Assembly: GCA_951406725.2 (NCBI GenBank)
Contig: OX597814.1
Coordinates: 5,146,001 to 5,210,000, forward strand
DNA: 64,000 nt
Direction of reading: 5' to 3'
Source: Octopus vulgaris
Taxonomy: Eukaryota
The position numbers were made by a program, and so were the translations under genes. Position 1 is the first letter of the stretch; each line of letters starts with the position of its first letter. The notes under the pieces were generated by a model. The model was not told where the DNA came from. It made no database searches and saw only the letters and a program-made list of their open reading frames with translations. Shown piece after piece: positions 51,100 to 61,268 of this stretch.

Positions 51100-54000
51100 T
51101 ATATAAATATTGATAAAAATGGTAAGACAACAAAAGAAAGAAAGAGACCTCGATGTTATGTAAACAGAGGAATTTATCTGTAAATGTAATGTGACAATTA
51201 TTCAGTAGCCATGATAAAACTCGGAGTTTCGGATGCCGAGGTAAAAATCCATGTCGCCATGGATAATATGGCCGGATAACTGAAGAGATGGCAGCGTGGA
51301 TTTCCACCTCGGCATCCAAAACTCGGAGTTTTGTCATGGTTACTGAATAATTGTCACATATTACATTTACAGATATATATATAAATATATCATCATCATC
51401 GTTTAACGTCCGTTTTCCATGTTAGTATGGGTTGGACAGTTCAACTGGAGTCTGGGAAGCCAGGAGGTTGCGGCAGGCCCTGTCTGATCTGGCAGTGTTT
51501 CTACAGCTGGATGTCCTTCCTAACGCCAACCACTCCGTGAGTGTAGTGGGTGCTTTTTACGTGCCACCTGCACAGGTGCCAGACGAGGCTGGCAAACGGC
51601 CACCATCAGATGGTGCTTCTTACGTGATATATATATATACAGTAATCCCTTGCCATATCACAGTTCATTATTTAAGTCGATTCCTCCATAGCGTCATTTT
51701 GCATTTATAAAAATATAAATATATGCCGGTGGCACATAAAAAGCACCATCCGAATGTGGCCATTGCCAGCACCGTCTCGACTGGCTTCTGTGCCGGTGGC
51801 ACATAAAAAGCACCATCCGAACGTGGCCGATGCCAGCGCCGCCTCAACTGGCTTCTGTGCCGGTGGCACATAAAAAGCACCATCCAAACGTGACCGATGC
51901 CAGCGCCGCCTTGGCTGGCTTCCGTGCTGGTGGCACGTTAAAAGCACCAACCGATCATGGCCGATGCCAGAACCCCCTGGCACCTGTGCAGGTGGCACGT
52001 AAAAAGCACCCACTACACTCGCGGAGTGGTTGGCGTTAGGAAGGGCATCCAGCTGTAGAAACACTGTCAGATCAGACTAGAGCCTGGTGCAGCCCCTGGC
52101 TCCCCAGACCCCGGCTCCCCAGACCCCGGTCGAACCGTCCAACTCGTGCTAGCACGGAAAACGGACGTTAAACGATGATGATGATGATTATAAGAAGAAT
52201 AAAAAAAATATAGAATACAGTACTCTTTCTACTTAACAGATTTTCCCCTATTGTGGGTGGGGTGCGGGACATAACACTTGCAATAGTTGAGGGATTACTG
52301 TAGCGGTTGGCGTTAGGAAGGGCATCTTGCTGTAGAAACCTTGCTGAATCAGATTGAAACCTGGAGCAGCCGTCTGGCCTTCCAGTGAAACCGTCCAACC
52401 CATGCCAGCATGGAAAGCAGGCATTAAACGACAATGGTGATGATAGGTGTATGTATTTGTGTGTCTGTATTTATCCCCCCACCCACATCACTTGACAACC
52501 GATGTTGGTGTGTTTACATCCCCGTAAACTTAGCAGTTTGGCAAAAGAGACCGATAGAGTAAGAACAAAGCTCGCAAAGAATAAGTCCTGGGATCAATTT
52601 GTTTGACTGCTGAAGGCAGTGCTGCAGCATGACCACAGTCAAATGACTGAAACAAGTAAAAGAATAAACCAAAGTACAGGCATGGCTGGGTGGTTCAGAA
52701 GATTGCTTTCCAACCACCAGCTTTCAGGTTCAGTCCCACAGCATGAGAGTTTTGAATTAAAATCTCCCACCAAACCTTAGTCACAATTTATGTTCTTAGC
52801 ACTAGCTTAATGGTAACGAAGTTATTTTACTAAATTCTTTGTTATATTCAAAGTAATTGAAAGAAACACAGAGCATCTCAACAGAAATATGGTAACAAAA
52901 GGGTTAAAATATATAATAGAGAAACAATTCTTAGCCCTTTTGATACCAACCTGGCTGAAACCTCCTCTGGCTCTGTAGTACTAAAGTCTTGTTTTCATAA
53001 GTTTTGAATGAAAATCTCCCACCAAACCTTAGTCACAATTTATGTTCCTAACATTAGCTTAATGATAACTAAGTTATTTTACTAAATTCTTTGTTATATT
53101 CAAAGTAATTGAAAGAAACACAGAGCATCTCAACAGAAATATGGTAACAAAAGGGTTAAAATATATAATAGAGAAACAATTCTTAACCCTTTTGATACCA
53201 ACCTGGTTGAAACCGGCTCTGGCTCTGAGTACAAATGTCCTGTTTTCATAAGTTTTGAATGAAAATCTTCCACCAAACCTTAGTCACGATTTATGTTCCT
53301 AACACTAGCTTAATGATAACTAAGTTATTTTACTAAATTCTTTGTTATATTCAAAGTAATTGAAAGAAACACAGAACATCTCAACAGAAATATGGTAACA
53401 AAAGGGTTAAAATATATAATAGAGTAACAATTCTTAGCCCTTTTGATACCAACCTGGCTGAAACCTCCTCTGGCTCTGTAGTACTAAAGTCTTGTTTTCA
53501 TAAGTTTTGAATGAAAATCTCCCACCAAACCTTAGTCACAATTTATGTTCCTAACACTAAGCTTAATGATAATGAAGTTATTTTACTAAATTCTTTGTTA
53601 TATTAAAAAGTAATTGAAAGAAACCCAGAGCATCTCAACAGAAATACAGTAACGAAAGGGTTAATGTGAATGGAACTTGTAGAAGAGAGAGAGAGAACCA
53701 GGAAGAATGGGATGAAGTGGTGAAGGTTGATCTCACAACCTTGAGACTCACAGAGGAAACGATAAAGGAGACGACTGATGATATGCAGTTCTTGAGAAGA
53801 AACTGAAGCACATTCTTACCTGGGCCTCTCACCCAATTTCCACCTCAAAAATCCCCACCACCCTTCATCTCTTTAACTTCAGTCTTCTGATGCTGCAACT
53901 GAGTCTCAACAGAACTGCATACTTCTCCACCTTTCCCTTGGTATTATTTATCTTTCTCCAAACCTCAAGTCATCTTCCGTGTTATCCATCCTTCTTAACC

Positions 54001-56745
54001 CTTTTGATACCAACCCGGCCAAAACCGCCTCTGGCTCTGCAGTACAAATATCTTGTTTTCATAGGTTTTGAATTAAAATCTTCCATCAAAATGTTCCTAA
54101 CACTAGCTGAATGATGACTAAGTTATTTTACTAAATTCTTTGTTATATTCAAAGTAATTGAAAGAAACCCAGAGCATCTCAACAGAAATATGGTAACAAA
54201 AGGGTTAAAATATATAATAGAGAAACAATTCTTAGCCCTTTTGATACCAACCTGGCTGAAACCACCTCTGGCTTTGTAGTACAAATGTCTTGTTTTCATA
54301 AGTTTTGAATTAAAATCTTCCACCAAACCTTAGTCACAATTTATGTTCCTAACACTAGCTGAATGATAACTAAGTTATTTTACTAAATTCTTTGTTATAT
54401 TTAAAATAAATTGAATGAAACACAGAGCATCTCAAAATAAATACGGTAACGAAAGGGTTAATGCTGTCCCTCTCCACCTACATTTTATGTTGATCACTTC
54501 CTTCTCCACCACCAGATGTCTCTCAATCTCCCCATGTACAAATCCATCCTCCACACACACACACACACAGCATACAACCCGTCCAACCACTTATCAGCTC
54601 TCTCCTTCACTCTAATCCATTACAGATATTAGGACTCAGTTTAAGACACACTGGCCAATTGGGGGTATTAAACCAAGTTAAGTCCACCACTTCATATACA
54701 TGATTCTGCTGATGGGCTTCCATACAATTTCATTTTATTTGTGTCACAGCTTCGTGGTTTCTGGTAAAATGTCTTTTACTATAGTCACAAACCTCTTAAC
54801 CCAATAACCATGTCTCGTCTCTCTACAACTACTTATTCTGGCAATGTTAAGTTAATGAGGTCACCTCCTAATTATGCTAATGAGATAACTCACGAATTAC
54901 CTAATGAGCTTACCCCTTAATTACACATAGACATTTGCTTTTTAGCTGCTGTCCCCTTCCCATCCTTCACCTTATGTTTTTTATGAAGCTGTGTCGACAG
55001 AAGACGGAATTAAGCAAATCGGTGAAACATCTCATGTGATGAAACATTTTCAGCTGTTTTAAGCAAAAAGTTCTCTTTCACAACATCAAATAATGTTGGT
55101 GCTTGTTTACTTCTAGCATTAACCCTTTCGTTACCAACCCGACTGAAACCGGCTCTGGCTCTGAGTACAAATGTCCTGTTTTCATAAGTTTTGATTTAAA
55201 ATCTTCCACCAAGCTTTAGTCACAATTTATGTTCCTAACATTAGCTTAATGATAACCAAGTAATTTTGCTAAATTCTTTGTTATATTTAAAAGTAATTGA
55301 AAGAAACCCAGAGCATCTCAACAGAAATATGGTAACAAAAGGGTTAAAATATATAATAGAGAAACAATTCTTAGCCTTTTTGATACCAACCCGGTTGAAA
55401 CTACCTCTGGCTCTGAGTACAAATGTCCTGTTTTCATAAGTTTTGAATTAAAATCTTCCACCAAACCTTAGTCACAATCTATGTTCCTAACACCAGCTTA
55501 ATAAGTTATTTTACTAAATTCTTTGTTATATTTAAAGTAATTGAAAGAAACACAGAGCATCTCAAAATAAATACAGTTACAAAAGGATTAATGACATCTA
55601 CCATAATTAATAATAATTAACCTTAAATTAATCAAAGAGGAAACTTAGCCAACGAACTTACTTTCTATAAAGCTGTTCCACTTTCTCTTGCTGTTTCTTA
55701 CACTGACCCAATAAAATCTCTTCGTCTTTGCATTTGTCAGATTCCTCAGCCAATTTATATCTGAAATTCACCAAACTTACAATTAAACTTTAAGACACAG
55801 AAAGAAATAAAAACAGGGCTTTTTTATTGATGCCACAACCAACAGCTTTGACCCTTTTCTTACAATAAAATAAAAATGGTGTTTCCTTCTTGAGCCATGC
55901 CAGGCTCTTATGGTCCAGTCTCCAGGTTTCAGTGGTGCATATATATTCCCCATCACAGAATTACTCGTTTTTGCCAGCTGAATGGACTGGAGCAGTGTGA
56001 AATGAAGAGTTTTGCTCAAGAACACAATATGTCACCCGGTCCAGGAATTGAAACCACAATCTGACAATCATGAGTCCAACATCCTAACCACTAAGCCATG
56101 TGCCTCCCTTTTTATTAAATTCCTTTTGGAATCCACAGCCTTCGTTGCACTTAACTTTGATAATAATTAAGAATTTAGTGAACTAACTTTGTCATTATTA
56201 AGCTGACATTTGGTACAGAAGTTCCCATGGAATTTTGATGGGAGAAGGCTTTGGTTTAGATCCCTTCAAAACAGGGAGTTTGCATCATAAGAACCAGATG
56301 CAGCCACAGATTTCAAAAGAGTTAAACACAAAATGCCCCACAACCCCACCTAAGACATATTTGCAGATGTATGGACAAAGGAAAACTTACTTCATGTCAC
56401 TGATCTTTGCCTCTAAACCAATTTTGTTTTGTTCCAAAGCAGCTTTCTCTTGAGATACAACTTGCAGTTTCCTGAAATATAACATGGACACACATTACAA
56501 ATATATATATATATATTTTTTTTTTACTTATTTCAGTCATTTGACTGCAGCCATGCTGGAGCACCGCCTTTAGTCGAGCAAATCGACCCCGGGACTTATT
56601 CTTTGTAAGCCCAGTACTTATTCTATCGGTCTCTTTTGCCAAACCGCTAAGTAACTGAACCCGGAACCATGTGGTTGGTTAGCAAGCTACTTACCACACA
56701 GCCACTCCTGTGCCTATGACATCTACCATAATTAATGTGGCACGT

Positions 56746-56786
<41 letters not shown>

Positions 56787-59700
56787 CAAATAAGAAAATG
56801 GAGAAACAAATTTGGTTTGTTCATCAACTTACGGATATTAGAATGTTGGATTATTTATTTATTTTACAAATGAGAACATCAAAAGCATACAAAATATTAT
56901 ATAAATCAATAGATAAGATGATAATACAAATACAGATTTTAAAAGTCATATTATAAATTAATGAAATCCAGAAATTCATTCTTACAGCTGTTTCAGCCTG
57001 TGGGCAAAAGTGAATCTAATTACACACACTCACACACACACACACACACAAATTTATATATAGAAAGCAAGAGAGATGGAGAGAATAAAATATTACCTAA
57101 CAATGAACTTACATGAGAAGCATATGCACATTGCGTGCACATGCACACACACACACACACACACACAATCACAGCAGGCTTCCACACAATTTTTAACCAG
57201 CAAATTCCACTGACAAGGCATTGGTCCTCTTCAAGACATAAAGTGGAATCAAGCCAAGAGCCGAAGTGAACTCATTAACCATACAGCTATCAAAATTAAT
57301 GAGAAATCAAATTGAAGTCATTGTGCCAACATAATGTTAAACAACGATGATGATATGTTGTGTACTTTTATCCGTCTGGATCAGGAGACAGCAAACATAT
57401 CATTGACCGCTGCCCACCCCACCTCATAACCCATACTGTTGACCCCTGTTCTAGTGCCTTCAACCAATTATTTGTATTTTCAATCATTTATTTCAAAAAT
57501 TAATTACGTACTTTTGCATATTCTTGTTGTCTTCTTGCAGCACACGATATTGGTTTTCAATCAGAGTTCGTTGGTTTTTTTCCTTTTTCAGTCTTTGACG
57601 ACAATCGTTGATGTACTGCTGGAGTTTGGCAGCAGATGTCGGGTCTGTGAAAACGAGAAAAGATAAATAACACACGACATCGAGTGTTCAGCTTCACCGA
57701 GACCTTTGGCATTACGTCGTGCTTGAGAAGAAAACCCATCAAGCCAAGCAAAACCACAGTCATGGCAGATACTGGTGTCATGCAAATGGCACCTAGGCCA
57801 GTGGCACGTCAAAGTACCCATTACACTCTTGGAGTGGTTGGTGTTAGGAAGGACATTCAACCAAATCAGACTGGGGTCTGGTGCAGCCTTCCAGCTTGCA
57901 AGCCCCGGTCAAACTGTCCAACCCATGCCAGCATGGACAACGGACATTAAATGATGATGATGATGATGATGATGATTGTCTTCAAAGAGAAGCAATCACT
58001 TCTTTTACACTGACACAAAACCATAATGCGGTGCATTGTTGATTACCTGAACCCCAATACATTACAGGTACTTATGTTGATGAACCGCAGAAAGAAAAAC
58101 AACAAGGTTGACTTGGCCGTGGTTTGAACCCTAAACACTAAAATAACAAAATGAAATATCATTGCTCTGTCACTGCAGCCTCCTTCCCCAACCCTTTTCG
58201 TCCCAAATAACAAGGGTGTCTAATAGGGACACAAAACAAACTTGTGTAGGAAACAAGCAACCCTTTCTATGAATCCCACAAAACTGGAATGGGATTTATT
58301 TTATCAAACCTAGAAAACTGGTTTCAAATTTTGGCACAAGGCCACCAATTTCGGAGGGGGGGGTTTAAGTCGATTGCATTGATCCCAGTAATCAACTGGT
58401 ACTTATTTTACTGACCTCCAAACGGATGGCAGGCGAAGTGACCATGGCAGAATGTGAACTCGCAATGTAAAGACGGACAAAATGTCGCTAATTATTTTGC
58501 TCAGTGTGCTAATGACTCTGCCAGCCCTCTGGCTTAATCAGCCCTAAAATAAGAAATGAGAAAGTTGGCCTCAGGTTTGAACTCACAATGCAAAGCCATG
58601 CAACTAAATACTACAAACAATTCTGTCGGTTATTCCCTCAACCACTACCACTGCTCACACAGTCACTTCATTCACTGTTCTTCTAAACACTGCTTCACTC
58701 ATCCTCATCAACGTCCATTTTTCCATGACCATATGGGGTCAGGGAGGATTTGTTGAGGCAGATTTTCTGGATGCCCTTTCTGTCACCAACCCTCACCTAT
58801 TTAATAGGAAGGTAATATCTCCCCATGGACAGACAACTTTTACACAGAAGACTGGACACAAACACCACCACTTGCATAACAGTGGTGCTCATTTACAACA
58901 ACCACGACATCTAGACAACACACACACACACATAAAGGGGTTGGCATTAGGAAGGGCATCCAGCCATAAAAACCATACCAAAGCAGACAATTGGAGCCTG
59001 GTACAGCTCTCCTACCATGCCAGCTCCGGCAGCATAGAAAATAGACATTAAATGATGATATATATATATAAACATTGGGCTTCTTTTAGTTTCCTTGTAC
59101 TAAATCTACTCAAAAGGATTTCATTGACCCTCAAGACTCTAACAGAAGACACTTGTGTTAGGTCTCACGCATTGGGACTGAACCTGAAATCACGTGATTG
59201 CAAGCCAAGCTTCTCAACCACATGGCCACTCCTGTATCATCATCATCATTGCTTAACGTCCATTTTCCATGCTAGCATGGGTTGGACGGTTCGACTGGGG
59301 TCTGTGAAGCCAGAAGGCTGCACCAGGCCCAGTCTGATCTGGCAGTGTTTCTACAGCTGGATGTCCTTCCTAACGCCAACCACTCCGTGTTTGTAGTGGG
59401 TGCTTTTTACGTGCCAGGGGAGGCTGGCAGCGGCCACGATGGGTTGGTGCTTTTTATGTGCCACCGGCACGGAGACCAGTCAAGGTGGCGCTGGCATCGG
59501 CCACGTTCGGATGGAGCTTTTTATGTGCCACCGGCACAGGTATCACAACTACAATTTCCATTTGATATTTATTTTGATGTTGATGTACTTGACTCAATAG
59601 GTCTCCTCAAGCACAGCAGGTCACGTGCCACTGGCACAGAAGCCAGTCAAGGCGGCGCTGGCATCGGCCACGTTCGGATGGTGATTTTTACGTGCCGCCA

Positions 59701-60328
59701 GCACAGGTGTTGTAACTACAATTTCCATTTGATATTTGTTTTGATATTGATATTGATGTACTTGACTCAATAGGTCTCCTCAAGCACAGCAGGTCACTCT
59801 ATGAGCAAAGGTAAGCACAGCAGGATGTTCTGCAATCCAAGGTACTTTGGATGGGCTGGGGCTGCTATGTGAAACTGGTGCAGGAAACAGCCATGAACTC
59901 ACATTATTTGTCGGGTCTTTGCAGTCACAGCATATCTCCAGAGATCTTGGTCTTTTGTCATTGCCTCTGTGAGGCCATTGCCTCGAAAGAACATGTATGA
60001 TAATCGACAGAGCAAGCCCCAGTGACAACAGGATCAATTTGAAAGAAGAAAAACTAAACAACTATGACGGTTTAAAGTGGGAAATACGATGAGTGTGGTC
60101 AATGAAGAGAGCAGACGTGATACCAATAGGAATTGGTGCACTTGGAAGTATCAGCACTCATCTACCAACATGGCTGAAAAAGATTGGTGCAAGTGTGAAG
60201 GTAGGACACCTACAAAAATCAGCACTGATTGGATGTGCAAGAATTCTTCACAGGGTTCTTGAAGCATGACCAGTTAACAAGTGTTACCTTAGTCTTCTGG
60301 TTGTGGACAGCTGACACTTTCCAGCAAA

Positions 60329-60361
<33 letters not shown>

Positions 60362-60904
60362 CCTTTCTACTAAAGGCACAAGGCCTGAAATTTGGGGGAG
60401 GAGACTAGTTGATTATACTGACCCCAGTGTTTCACTGGTACTAAATTTATTAACCCTGAATGGATGAAAGGCAAATTCAACCTGAGCGGAATTTGAACTC
60501 AGAACACAGTGGTGGATGAAATACTACTAAGCATTTCACCCAGCATGCTAATGAGTATGCCAGCTCACAACCTTGATAATGATAATAATAATAATAATAA
60601 TAATAGTTTCAAATTTTGCCACAAGGGCAGCAATTTTGGGGGACAGGGATGAGTCGATTACCTTGACCCCATTGTTCAACTGGTTCTTAATTTATCGACC
60701 CCGAAAATGATGAAAGGTGAAGTTAACCTCAGAACATAGTGGTCAGCAAAATACCACCAAGCATTTCATCCAGCATGCTAACAATTCTGCCAGTTCACCA
60801 CCTTAATAATAATATTAATAATAGTAATAATAATATTAATAATAGTAGTAGTAGTAGTAGTTATAGTAGTAGTAGTAGTAGTAGTAGTAATAATAATAAT
60901 AATG

Positions 60905-60937
<33 letters not shown>

Positions 60938-61085
60938 TTAATATTAATAATAGTAATAATAGTAGTAATAATAATATTAATAATAGTAGTAGTAATAATA
61001 ATAATAATAGTAGTAGTAATAATAATAATAATAATATTTAATAATAATAATAATAATAACGATAATAATAATAATAATAATAATA

Positions 61086-61116
<31 letters not shown>

Positions 61117-61235
61117 TATTAATAATAATAATAATAATAGTAGTAGTAATAATAATAATAATAATAATAGTAATAATAATAATAATAATAGTAGTAGTAA
61201 TGATAATAATAATAATAATATTAATAATAATAGTA

Positions 61236-61268
<33 letters not shown>

